64,000 nucleotides of DNA. Source: Malacoraja senta. Taxonomy: Eukaryota. The stretch lies in NCBI GenBank assembly GCA_038087875.1, contig CM075989.1, forward strand, positions 14,510,001 through 14,574,000, read 5' to 3'. The position numbers and the translations under genes were made by a program. The number at the start of each line of letters is the position of its first letter. Position 1 is the stretch's first letter. Positions 51,200 through 64,000 of the stretch are shown one piece after another. The notes under the pieces were generated by a model. The model was not told the DNA's origin, ran no database searches, and worked only from the letters and a program-made list of their open reading frames with translations.

Positions 51200-54100
51200 A
51201 TACCAGAATAGTACAATTTCTGATCACTCCCCGTTAACTTTTTTTTTTTAATTAGAAGGAATGCCTACTAATAAATTGTTTTGGAGGTTTAATCCTCAAA
51301 TCCTAAATGATCTACAAGGGGAAATATATCTAAAACAACAGATGGAACATTTTTTCAAGACTAATGATATCCCAGAGATCTCACCAACCTTACTATGGGA
51401 ATCTTTTAAAGCATTTATTAGAGGATCTATAATCTCATACCATACTAAATAAAAAGAATAAGAATGAACAAAGGCAGTTAGAAGAACGAATTAGACAATT
51501 GGATTTAGATAATGCTAAAGAGCCAACTATAGATAAACATAATAAAATAACAATATTGAAATTTTAATTAAATAAAATATTATCAGCAAATGTTATAAGA
51601 TTATTTCAAATGACAAAACGGGAAAATTTTGAATTTGGGGATAAACCACACAAACGTTTGGCCCGACAACTGAAAAAACGGGGAAAAAGATCATACGATT
51701 TTAAAGATTAAATCAGATAAAGGGGAATTGTTAACCCAACTAAGGATATTAATAAAAGATTCGCTCAATTTTATCAAATTTTATATACATCTAAAGCGTT
51801 AGCAGATAGTACTAACGTTATAGAGTTCTTGGATAATTGTAATCTCCCAAAACTTAATTTGATTGAACAAGAGGAATTAGGTGCACAAATCTCAACTAAG
51901 GAAATAGAAGAAACAATAAATTCATTAAAGAATGGAAAAACACCAGGACCAGATGGTTTTAGTAATGAATTTTATAAAAGATTCTACGAGATAATTACAC
52001 CACGGTTACATAAAATGTATACATATGCTTTTAAAGAACATACACTTCCAGAAACACTAGCGGAATCAACGATCACACTTATACCTAAAAAAGATAAAGA
52101 TTTAGAAGACCCGGGTTCCTATAGAGCTATTGCGCTGTTAAATACAGATCAAAAAATATTAGCGAAAACATTAGCTAGAAGATTAAGTAAATATGTTAGT
52201 AAATTAATAAATCCGGATCAAACAGGGTTTATACCCAAGAGATATTCATGCAATAATTTGAGATGTCTGTTTAATATAATGCACTCATATAAAACCGAAG
52301 AACAAGACTTATCAATTATTTCATTGGACGCAGAAAAAGCATTCGATCAACTGGAATGGGATTACCTTGTTAAAGTATTGCAAAAATTTCAAATGGGAGA
52401 GAATTTTATCGCTTGGGTAAAATGACTATATGACAGGCCTACTGCCAGAATATTAACTAATAATATGTTGTCCCCGAAATTTCAATTATCAAGGGGAAAT
52501 AGACAGGGGTGTTCATTATCACCTCTGCTATTTGCTCTTGTAATAGAACCGTTAGCGGAAAGTATTAGAATACATCCGAACATCCATGGTTATAATACAA
52601 AATACTCAAATAATAAAATATCATTATATGCAGACGATGTACTATTATATATTACAAAATCACAAATCAGTATACCAAATATATTAAATCTAATAGAGGA
52701 TTTTGGATCCTTTTCAGGATACAGAATAAATTGGAATAAAAGTGAAATTATGACGATAAAACTTCAAGACCCAACACACCTGTTAAAATTCCCTTTTAAA
52801 ATTACTTCAGAAAAATTCAAATATTTGGGAATTGAAATTACTAGAAAATATAAATCTTAATTTAATGCAAACTATATGCCCTTACTCAATAAACTAAACA
52901 TACTGATTACATTTTGGAAAACTCTCCCGATGTCTCTAATAGGCCGAATAAATGCTATAAAAATGATTTTTTTACCACAAATTTTATATCTATTCCAGTC
53001 AATACCGATATACTTACCAACATTTTTTTTTTTTAATTGGATGCTGATATTACAAATTTTATATGGGACTATAAATCCCATAGAATTCAAAGAAGACATT
53101 TGTGTAAACCCAAAGAATCTGGCGGATTATCACTCCCTAATTTTTTGTATTATTACTGGGCCACAAATGTCAAAAATATGATTCACCTGTTGGACAACTC
53201 GGCCCAGCAGGTGGATTGGATAGTAATGGAGAGAGAGGATTGTTCCCCTTTTAATATAGGAGCGATCCTTCTCTCACCAACAAAATTGAAGAATACAATA
53301 TATAGTATGAATCCAATTATCCATAGTACAATCAGAATTTGGAAACAAATAAAATTAACTTTAAAATTAAGAAATCTATAGCTTCTTTCACCTATAATGA
53401 ATAATCCTTCGTTTAATCCTTCTACAATAGATAAATCTTTTACACACTGGGATAGATTAGGAATTAAAACGTTTGGAGATATGTATGATAATAGAAGTTT
53501 TTTAACACTTCACCAACTACAACTTAAATACAATTTGAGTAGTAATCAATATTTTAAATATTTTCAAATACGTGACTATTTGAAAAAATATACACGAGAT
53601 TATCAAAATATATCTCCAGATTTATTAGAGGAGACAATGAATATAAAAGCAGAATCAACTAATTTAATATCATACCTGTATAATACCATCATAAATATAG
53701 AAATACCATCATCTGATAGGATTAGAAGAGATTGGGAACAAGAACTAGCTATAAAAATCTCGAAAGAGAGTTGGGATAAACACTTATTATATGTACATAA
53801 ATGCTCGATTAACGTAAGACACATTCTAATTCAATTTAAAATCTTACATAGATTATACTATTCAAAAGCTAAAATAAGTAAATTTTACCCAAATGTCTCT
53901 TCTATCTGTGATAAATGTCTAAGCCAAGAAGCAACTATAGCACATTCTTTTGTTTTTTTGTATAAAAATCCAAAAATGTTGGAATGAAATCTTTGAAATT
54001 TTCACGAAATTATTTAAAATAAAACTGAAACCGAATGCAGAACTGATTATTTTTGGAACAATCGAAGCCAGTTTGGAGCTGTCTTCGTTTCAAAGGAGCT

Positions 54101-54656
54101 TTCTTAATTATGGCTTAATAACGGCAAAAAAACTTATACTGAAATTTCGGAAAAACGCTCCCACACAAACGACAAAAATGTGGATTTCTAATATGTGGGA
54201 ACTGTTACACCTAGAAGATATGAGATTCCTCTTAGCAGGTAAACCAGACCAATTCCAAAAGATTTGGTCTCCATTTATCGACTTATTACAAATATAGGGT
54301 GCAACAAAATGTTGATAATAAATGGTTTCAGGACCTGGTGAGGGGTGAGTAAAGATATGAAGTAGGTACATCCCTTTTATCTTGTCTTATCTTATCTTAC
54401 TTTTTTTTCTCTTTTTCCTTCTATTTGTTTTTCTCTTTTGTTTAACTCTTTCTTGTGGTTTAGGTCCCTATGGGTGTTCCTGGACCACTCTTTCACTCAC
54501 TCACTTACTATCTCTGCTAACTCTCTCTATCCTTTTTCTTATTAAAGTTTATAATAAGAAGTGGTACAAGAAATGTATAATTTTATGTTTGTTTGAGATC
54601 ACTGTACTGTACAATACTTCTAATAAAAAAATATTAAAAAAATAAAAAATAAAAAA
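51200..54656 (+). mobile_element. 5'-truncated L1/Tx1-clade LINE with degenerate ORF2 (end of APE endonuclease, RT, CCHC) and A-rich tail
   Basis: Motifs ISDHSP (~51215), GKTPGPDG, SYRAIALLNTDQKI, SLDAEKAFD, RQGCSLSP, LYADD and CDKC...H..FC. Several stops and frameshifts. AATAAA and A-rich tail at 54622-54656. Confidence 0.95.
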
Positions 54657-56339
54657 ATGATAAAAATGACCCACGTCATCCGTGACCCACATCATGCATC
54701 ACCCATGACACATTGGGGCACCCATGTGTGCACAGCATCTAAACAAGTGTGTTGTTTGCCATGGATTGTGAGTGTGCACATGTATGGGCTCCTGTCAATG
54801 CCTCGCGTGCACAGAAGACAGAGGGAAAGCACAGTATCTGTGATCGATGTCACCGATCAATGTGAGCAATTGGTTTTCGATTAAACTCAGTTCAAAGGAG
54901 CTGGTGAGAAGCCACATCCCACCAGGCTCCAGGTGTGTCTTTCCTCAGGTTTTATTGACAGGAATGTTCAATCCTGTCGCTCACTGGGATATCGTCAATG
55001 CATTAATCATAAAATATTATTTAATTTTAAGAGTTCATTTTCCACAATTTTGTTCAAGTTCCAAAATGTATTTCTGCTTTCACATTCATCACACCATGAT
55101 TATGAGGAGTCTCGGAGTCATAGAGTAAGTAACACAGTTTGGAAACAGACCCTTTGGCCCAACTTGTTCAGGCCGACCAAGATGCCCACTTTGCCTACGT
55201 TTGACCCACATCCTTCTAAACCTTATTGCCTTTTAAATGTTATTATTGTCTGCTAAACTACTGTCTACTGAACGACTATCTACCTCATTGGTGATCCTTG
55301 GATTATCTTTGATCGGACTTTACTGGCTTTACCTTCCACTAAACATTGTTCCCTTATCATGGATCTGTACACTGTAAACGGCTCGATTGTAATCATGTAT
55401 TGTCTTTTCGCTGAATGGTTAGCACGCAACGAAACATTTTCACTGTACCTCGGTACACGTGACAATTAACTAAACTGAACTGAAGTTGCTCAATATTTGC
55501 TGACTACGATATTTATCCCATTTTCTCATCTGCCACTTTTCTGCTCTGGGACCCTCTCCGCTGCTAATCTAGTTTAAACATTCCCAGAAGAGCACCAGCA
55601 AATCTCTCTCCCAGGACACAGGTGCAAACCAACCCTCTTGTATAGATCACCAGTCTTGAATGGCAGCAAAATATTGAGTATCCATCATCCTCTGATTTCA
55701 CTGACCTTTCAAGAGCTGTAATAAACAAAACAAACATCCAACTTTGGATCGATATAATCAGGTATGTAGAAATTCCTTCTTGACTGAAATGTCAAAATAT
55801 AAGATCCACTGCTATTGTGGAAAAAAACAAAGTCTCACATCTTGGGATTGTTGCTGGATAGCATTGGTGCTGGTTCTCAACCTGTTCATGGTGGTCGTCA
55901 CTTGGAATGATTGTAGTGAAGACGTCAGCGTGGTTCCCGAGTGAGCTGTATCTGTTGTTGTACCATCCACAAGTTGGCATGGGCACGTCGGGCACAGTTG
56001 TGTCTGCACTTAGGTCAGCAATAAGCTATCCCCATTTCTGGCCCAATGCATGGAGGCAAATATACTTTAAACACACATGCATTCTCCATGCCATGTCAGG
56101 GTTCCCTTCCTGAAAAACTGTCCGTAAGCCAGTTTCTCGGTAGAAAGCATGTGTTTTCTACTGCTACCTGTATTGTACTGCTCTACCGCTATAAACCTTT
56201 CATTTCATCAAATATTCACCCTAAAACTAATTAAACTAATGAAGGCCCGGCGGGCGGCAGAATCGGGAGGGAGCTGGAGACGTCGGCCGTGAGGAGCAAA
56301 GGCCGGCAGGAGAGTGAACCGGGGAATTGCTGTGGGGTT

Positions 56340-56770
56340 TGGTAGTTACCTAAAATTTGAGCATTCAATGTTCATACCATTGGGTTGTAAGCTACCCATG
56401 TGGAATACAAGGTGCTGTTCCTCCAGTTCGTATGTGGCCTCAATCTGCCTGCGTTTACTAAAGAAAGAAGACATCTTTGATGTCCGAGAATGGAAAGCCT
56501 CATCTTGAGAGCAGATGCGGCACAGATGGAGAAATTGGGAGCGGGGGATAACATCTTAACAAGAGACAGGGTGGGAGGAGGTGTAGTCCAGATAATTGTG
56601 GGTGTCAGTGGGTTTGTAGTAGACAGAGAGATCAAGAAAGGGGAGAGAGGTGTCAGAGATAGTCCAAATGACATTAAGGGGAGGGTTGAAGTTAGTTGTG
56701 ATGTTAATGAAGTCAACGAGTTCTGCATGGATGCAGGAGGCTGCCCGATGCAGGTGTCGATAGTGTATGG
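56340..56770 (-). mobile_element. Internally deleted Penelope-like fragment (RT/linker and 3' end)
   Basis: Peptide TISDTSLPFLDLSVYYKPTDTHNYLDYTSSHP in ORF 56556-56792. Confidence 0.8.
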
Positions 56771-57454
56771 TGCCAGTGTACATGTAAAACACGGAACACT
56801 GACAGGTAACCTACTCCTAAAACCTGCTGCTTATATTTGCAGTCATCAATTCAATATATTTTAAACCAACGAGTGATGTAAACAGCTATCAACACAAATC
56901 CCCTCATTATCACTTAATATCCTCTCCTCATTAAATTAACTAGTGAGTTCAGATCATCAGTTTGATCATTGTTGCTACTGAGGTAGTTGTCTAATTTAAT
57001 CTTAAACTTGAATAACAAATCTCTGCTGAAGCAGCTGTGGAGAGTCAGACTGTACGCAATGTGGAAGAACAGGAACATTCAAATGGAAGGCAGCAGGGAA
57101 AGGAAGGGAAGGAACTGTTTGTGAAATGTAACCAGAATGGACTAATTGGTCCGAATAAAAATCGGATCTAAAATTATGCCTCTACCCAGTGAGTATTCAG
57201 TGCCAGTAAAGGACACCGCTCTCAGAAGGTTGTAGGAGAGATGTTTGGGGCAGAGACAGGTGAAGATGCAGGGGAAGAGGTAGCTATGGTTGCTGGCAGA
57301 GAACCAGCATTAGCTTGATGGGCCAAATGGCCACCGTATGTGCTGCAACAATTCCTATTCTTTGCCACGATTCTGCGTCTAGTTCTGGAAAGTTCTGCAG
57401 AGTTCTGGACAAAAGTGGGACAAAGAGCTCGTTGAAGTGGCCACACAGTGAGAA

Positions 57455-57715
57455 TTGGTGGTGGGGTTGGTGGGGGTGGTAGGATTAGTGGGGGTGGTGG
57501 TTTGGTGAGGGTGGTGGGATTGGTGGGGTCGGTGGGGTCAATGGGTTGGTGGGTCGGTGAAGTTGGTGGGTTCATGGCATTGGTGGGTCAGTGTAATGGG
57601 TGGGGGTGGTGGGTCTGGTGGGTGGATGGGTTTGGTGGGTCGGTGGAGTGGGTGGGTTGGTGGGTTTGGTGGGGTTAGAGGAGTTTGTTGTGGGATTGTG
57701 GAGTTGGTTGGGTCA
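57455..57715. repeat. G/T-rich low-complexity tract (GGTGGG-like units)
   Basis: Many GG and GGG runs; almost devoid of A and C on the plus strand. Confidence 0.9.
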
Positions 57716-57912
57716 GTGCTCTCCACAGCATTTACTTGATGCTCTATTTAGACTTTCATTCATTTGAAGCAGGCCCATTCAAAGAAGTGGTGATACCAGG
57801 ACCTGGAGCAGAAGAGTTCTCCTGTGCCACACCCGCAATGTGCCAGGAACTCCTGGTGAACAGGAACTTTTACCTGGTTCTGATCAATACAGTATGTTTG
57901 CTCATAATAATT

Positions 57913-58544
57913 AGGGTCTGTCCCACTTAGGGGATTTTTTAGGCGACTGCCGGTGACTGTCATAGTTGTAGCGGGTCGCCAAAAAAACGGCGACTGGACC
58001 CCCCTACGACAATGTCTACCACCTCGTCAACGTCAAGCTACGGCAAGCTACCGACAACCAATGACCCATTAGGACGTACAGCTACGACCACACCTATGAC
58101 AACCTCTGACAACCAAAGTCAACCTACGTCCATCCGCGACAACCAACGACAAGCTACAACCCTGTCGGCGACAACTGAAGACAACTGAAGACAATTCAGT
58201 CGCCGGTACCTGTCGCCAGTTGACACAGGTTGACGAAGGCAGTCGCCAATGGAATTCACCGAAGTCAGCACCGGCGACAACCTACATCACCTGGCGACAA
58301 CCTACGGCAGCACCTACCTCAGGAGAAGTCAAGCTACGCTCATTGGCGTCAACCCACTGTCGCCAACTGTTGCCGAAATTTTTTGAACATATTGAAAATC
58401 CAGCGACGACCAGAAAAACGCTACGACTCTTTGGGCGACCGAGGAGACGACTCATGACCATACAGGCGACACCCCGGCGACCAATGTGGAAACAGCCCAG
58501 TCACCTGTAGTCGCCTAAAAAATAGCCTAAGTGGGACAGGCCCT
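57913..58544. mobile_element. PIF/Harbinger-type MITE rich in CGAC/GACAAC repeats
   Basis: Ends are AGGGTCTGTCCCACTTAGG...TTTTTTAGGCGACT and AGTCGCCTAAAAAATAGCCTAAGTGGGACAGGCCCT, followed by TTA. Confidence 0.85.
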
Positions 58545-59318
58545 TTACTCAGGGAATTTACAAAGATGCACACATTCATCTCTGTAAAGCCTCTGAACAC
58601 TAACCTTGGCTTTGCTTGAATTGTTTCTGCAAAGATTTTACAGTCTTAATGAGCAACAAGTTACAAGCAGAGCAAAAAACCAGAACGAAGGTTAACAAGA
58701 ATCGATAAAGACAAATGCAATCAGCAATAAAGAAAATACTGAGAACTAACTATGTTGCAGAGGCAATGGATCTGATTGTATTAAACTGCTTCATGAAGAA
58801 GCTCTCCAACTGTTTAATCCACCATGGTAATAAGAGAAACTGCAACTGGGAATCACTCCCCTTCAAGAGGGAGAAATTAAAGAGTCTCCTAATCTCCAAA
58901 AGTTATCTGAGTCTTGGTACATTTGAAGCTGACGCAAGCAGGAAATGAGATGATGATATCTACAAATCACAGTGGGGGAAACTGGAGATATAGAGGAAAA
59001 AGGAGATGATGTGCAGAGTTCTGGACAAAGGGTGGGATAATGATCTAATTGGAGAGCTCATTCAAGTAGCCACACAGTGAGAATGGCCTGAGGACAAGCT
59101 GCCACCATTCTATAGAGAGGATCTTCTAAATGAAGCTACTTTGTCAGTCATATAGTTGTACAGCACAGAAACAGGACCTTCAATCCACCATGTCCAAGCC
59201 CAGCGTATCCAATCTCTCAATAACTAAAATCCTCTGCATTGGGCCCAGCACAATTGCATCCATCCTACAGATTACCAACCAGGACTGCACACAATACTCC
59301 AGGTGCAGCCTAATGAAT

Positions 59319-59353
59319 CTTCTTCTTCTTGCGTATGGCGTGCGGACAACTTG
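59319..59353 (-). mobile_element. 35-bp 3' remnant of the same (GAA)n-tailed retroelement
   Basis: CTTCTTCTTCTTGCGTATGGCGTGC-GGACAACTTG matches the 43104-43154 region with a 16-bp internal deletion. 12-bp TSD AGCCTAATGAAT at 59307-59318 and 59354-59365. Confidence 0.8.
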
Positions 59354-60712
59354 AGCCTAATGAATGTTTTGTAAAGTCGCAACCTAATGTTCCAGCTCTT
59401 ATATTCTATGACCTGAAGCGAAGTGTGTCGTAAGGAGTCTTCACCGCCCTGTCCACCTGTTTGCCATTTTTAGGCAACTATGGATTTGGAGCCGTCTCCT
59501 TGATGAGGGACTCTCCATAGAGTGTTTGTCTTTGTTTGAGTGGACAGACTAAAGGAGGTTCAAGTACTTCCCATCCCTGGGTGCTGGGTAAGGGTGTTAG
59601 CGGGATCTTCCTCAGCGGAAGGGTAATCCCCCGAGAGACTCTGGGAAGGTGAGCAGCATTAGAGCAGAATCCTGGCATCTGATCATTTCTCACCCGGGCG
59701 TGTCAGCCTGCCTCCACCCACATCCAGCACTAAGACCGTGAGGCAGCTGCACTAACTGCTGCGCCAGTGTGCTGCCCATCGTAACTTGCAAATCAATACT
59801 TCAGATTTATTGCTCAGTTCTGCGTCCTCCAGTGCAGCGTTATCGCAGTGTGCTCTGTGCCGTGTTTGTATCTGCAGCTGCAACAGTGTATTGTTCCACC
59901 TAAGTTATTTCTCATTTGAGAAAGCTTTCGATTACTGCAGTCTAGCACTTACTCTGCTCCAGGTTCGGTTTCATATACCCTTCGAGACAAAGCTGATTAA
60001 TGTCACGCAGTTGGATACCAAAACTTATCATCTTGCAACATCCTTTTATGGTTATTTACGACAGCAGTCAAGAAATCAAGGAAATATTGTTGGTTTATGA
60101 GCATTCATGTTGAAGTTATAGGGAGATTAATGGAGGCCTCATTACAAAAATAAAATCATTGTGTTACAATTGTCATCCTGTTCACAGAACATATTTCATC
60201 TGTGTCCTAATATGGAGTAGAAAATGGTGCATCTGACAGGAAGATGTTTTATATGAACAGGCACAACACTGACCCTGTGTTAAAAGGAAGATAGTTCAAC
60301 CTCTGACTCATTCCTTCCTGAAGAGTTAATTAATTTGTTACTGACTTATAGCTCATGAAGATTAGTTTAATTGATGGGTGTTGGTGTAAAATGTATAATA
60401 TTGATCAACTGCCTCATAAACACTCTCACTATTTTGATTTCTATTGACGTCACTGAATTGATATCAGGGGTCAGGGGATGGCAGCAACATGTTGTGACTG
60501 GAGAAGATGGTATTTTTCTTCTCGGAGCAGAGACGACTAAAGGAGAGTTTGAAAGTAGTCAGTAGTGGGGTTGTACAGTATAGAAACCGGCCCTTCAGCC
60601 CCTCATGTCCATGCCGACACTTTACCCATTTACACTAATCCCATTTGTCTGCATTAGATCCACAACCTTCTATGCCAAGGATATTTACTGTGTCTTTCTA
60701 AATGCCTCCTAA

Positions 60713-60947
60713 AGGGCCTGTCCCACTTTCACGACCTAATTCACGACCTTTTTTACTCGTGGACATTTTTCATCATGCTAGAAAAACGCCCCGACCTACT
60801 TGATGCCACGAGTACCTACGACTAGCATCACGGCCTGCTACGACCTACCTACGACCTCCTACGACCTCGTGACGACCATGCTGCGAGTATGTCAAGGGCA
60901 AACTTGGCAGAGGTCGTGAATTAGGTCGTGAAAGTGGGACAGGCCCT
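60713..60947. mobile_element. 235-bp PIF/Harbinger-type MITE
   Basis: Perfect 37-bp TIR AGGGCCTGTCCCACTTTCACGACCTAATTCACGACCT. TAA TSD on both sides. Inserted in a CR1 3' remnant. Confidence 0.92.
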
Positions 60948-62298
60948 TAACGGTGGCATCTGATTCCACCACTTCTTCTGGCCGTTTCAGATATGATCCA
61001 CTCTATAAGAAACCTTAAACCTTTTTTATATCTCTATTATTGGGGAAATATTCGGACTCTCTCCCCCTCTCTATGCCTCTTACAGTTTGACAACCTATCA
61101 GGTCACCCCTCAGCCTCAGAGAGAACTACAGTCGCTCCACTCGTTTAAATCTTTATTTCAACACCAGATCTGTGCGCTCTGGATGGCTTGATGATAATCA
61201 TGTGTAGTCCTTGCTTTGAGCGGATAGTACACAATAGAAGCTTTATACTGTACCATGGTATACGTGACAATAATGAACTAAACTAAACTATACAATCCCT
61301 TCCCATAACTGAAGTAAGTGAGAATCTGCCGACACTTGCAGAAAATGTTGGTATTCAGAGGACACGGAACTGAAATAATTAAACAAACCAAAGGGGATCT
61401 GAAAGGTTTTTCTAATGAGGCGGAATTTATGATCTGGAATGCCAAATGCACTGAAAGAATTGGGTAAGCTTCAAATGAAAACTGGGTGAATACTTGAGAA
61501 AGAAACATTTGCAAGGCATGGAATTCATGACAGATGATAACACTTGCTATATTACAACACTGCTACACCACAAAAGTAGTTTATTGCCCATAAAGTGCTT
61601 TGGGACAGATGTAATATTCTCCATTTCTGCCGTGATGTGAAGCAGCTGAAGAGGGATTCAGTGATGAGGTATTTGTCTGACTCAGTTCAGCTGGAACCTG
61701 GCCATGTGCAACACACAATGTTCCTTGCCATCTCCCCATGGACAGGTGATCGTAGAAATGATCCCGACCTCACACTCACAATATGATGGGTTATCCTTGT
61801 CCAGAGACACCACTTGTCCTAAAAACAAATGGGAAATTTCCAAACAGCCTCCTGGAATCCTATCAAAAATCCTTTCTGTGGGACTTTATTTAGGGATAAA
61901 AAGCGAAAAGCTAAAATGCATAGGAACACGAGGCATTAACAGAACTCATCAGAGCGCAGTGGACAACCTTCACACTGTGATTTCAGCCATTATGTTATAG
62001 GTATCATTGTGCTGCAGTAATTACTTCTTGCAGAGTAATGGTCGAATGGAACATGGCCAGGAGTGGGTCATGAGCCACGCACAGCTGCCCTGTCCTTCTA
62101 ATGAGTAATGAGTGATCTGTACCATCACCCCATCCACTCCTTAACTCCCCCTCTGCAAAGCTGCCCACATCACCCCAGAAGTCGCCATGTTTCTCTCTAC
62201 TGAAGGAACGTGCAAACTCCACACAAACAGCATGCGAGGTGAGGATCAGACCCTAATCACTTGGCTGGTGATGGAGCAACGCTATGGGCGATGGGCGA

Positions 62299-62572
62299 TG
62301 GGCGGCATGGTGGCACAGAGGTAGTGTTGCTGCCTTACAGTGCCAGAGATCTGTGGACAATCCTGACTACGGGTGGGTTTGCTCCGAGATCTTCGGTTTC
62401 CTCCCACTGTCCAAAGATGTACAGGTTTGTATGTTGATTGGCTTAGTATATATGTAAATTGTCCCTAGTGTGTGTGGGATAGTGCTAGTGCGCGGGGATT
62501 GTTGGTCGGCGGGCAGTCAGTGGGCCAAAGAACCTGTTTCCGTGCTGTATCTCTAAGCTAAACTAAACTAAC
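62299..62572 (+). mobile_element. tRNA-derived SINE (HE1/V-SINE-like)
   Basis: Same family motifs and (CTAAA)n tail. Confidence 0.85.
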
Positions 62573-64000
62573 TACTCAATCCTCTGGGTTCCTATAGTGG
62601 GAGCACTCTCAGAGCATCTCCCACTTTAAAACTTCTCTCCTAACTCATTCCACCCCTTCTGTCTCCTCTTCTACTCAAATGCCCTTCCAGTCATTTCTGC
62701 ACCAAACTCAGCCACATCTGCAGCCAGTGATCCATCACCATCACCAAATGTCATCAGGGAATGAAGCTTGGTTCTGTACGTTAATGAAGCAATGCTATCC
62801 AATGACTGACTGACTGTAGGGAGAGCATGCTTGATTAGTGTCAGGGTTATGGGGAGAAGGGCAGGAGAATGGGGCTGAGAGGGACAGATAAATCAGCCAT
62901 GATTGAATGGTGGAGTAGACCGTATGAACCGAATGGGCTAATTCTACTCCTATCACCTATGAACATGTGAACATATCAGCATATCACGTTGTTTCCTCCG
63001 GTGTGTGGAGAGTAGTAGGGAATGCACGGCTTTGCCGGATGTCAAAGGAGCGGATAAATGTGAGAAACTACAACAGTCTGAACTCTTCACCAGGAACCAT
63101 TTCCCCAGTGAATCCATGGCTTACAAAAGCTGACATCACAGCCTCTTTGAGCGTGTTACCCCATTTCCCCACCGTGCACCCCTTCCTGGGCACTCAGAAA
63201 CATTTCCAAGGCAAGAACAAATGACTGAGTCCGTTTGCACTTCTTGAGCTAACTGACAGCTCCAACCACTACCTGGACTGGTTACTGCTCTGTCTCTGAC
63301 TCACCACTCACACAAGCAGCTACTTGTCACTGGGCTACTCTGTGTTGCTGTAATTAGACAGAGGCAGAATTATTTGTCGACAATAATGCAACTGCTTCTG
63401 TAAAACAATCCATCAAGGGCACGCCATGGTTAAAGGCACCCTGCCACTGTTGCTCACTGCATGAAGGCCCATTGTTCTTGTGTACAAGTAGGTGTTGTAG
63501 CAGCCTAGTGGATTGTAGATTGATGGAATCTTCAGATTTCCTGGAGTCTTGATGAAGTTGGTTATTTGCTGGTCCTTTTTATCTGTTTAATAATTAGGAT
63601 TGTGCTGCATTTATTATCAAATTCAACCAACTCACCCAATTCATAATCTAAGCCCTGAACCTTGAGCAGATAAAGGAAAGAAAGTCCAAGGCCTCACTTC
63701 ACAGGGTTTCTATCCTGAGGTTCTTGCCTGCAGGACCTGAACTTTCTACAGAAGAGTCAGGAGGATGTTCAAACCTTCTTTCCCAGGAAGCAAACCTCTT
63801 TTGATTCTATTCCCAGATGTATACAAAGCAAACACATCATAAAAAAACTAAAAATTAATTTTCACCAGAGATCACACTCGAGCTGAACTTTTAATTTGAC
63901 AATTAACCCTGTCTCGCTCACTTACCGTGACACAGGAGGCCATTCAACCCATCAGGTACATGTCAGCTCCTACTAGAATAATTTCACCAGCGCCATTTCC

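Noticed and set aside
57375..59087. Shared GCAGAGTTCTGGACAAA...GCCACACAGTGAGAAT at ~57375 and ~59013
   Set aside because: Short and adjacent to decayed CR1-like tail sequence; I cannot separate local duplication from two old repeat copies.

Overview
Repeat-dense vertebrate DNA, most likely intergenic or intronic. The repeat set (HE1/V-SINE-type SINEs, CR1, L2, Rex1, Penelope) suggests a cartilaginous fish, probably a skate or ray; this is inference. I found no recognisable host protein-coding gene, and the long ORFs all derive from mobile elements or simple repeats. The window holds two L1/Tx1-type copies (one with a 13-bp TSD), a young L2 fragment, many CR1, Rex1 and Penelope fragments, more than 12 tRNA-derived SINEs, a TIR- and TSD-bounded hAT-type transposon with a broken transposase, seven PIF/Harbinger-type MITEs sharing a GG(G/C)CCTGTCCCACTT-like end, two minisatellites and a 200-N gap. 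The best signal is a 146-bp TSD-flanked retroelement (43099-43244, minus strand). Its first nucleotide is G1 of a 54-nt sequence that folds by hand into a minimal HDV/CPEB3-like ribozyme. Penelope terminal repeats also carry about 15 minimal hammerhead motifs, including a both-strand pair carried inside a DNA-transposon MITE. All calls come from manual reading, and boundaries of old fragments are approximate.
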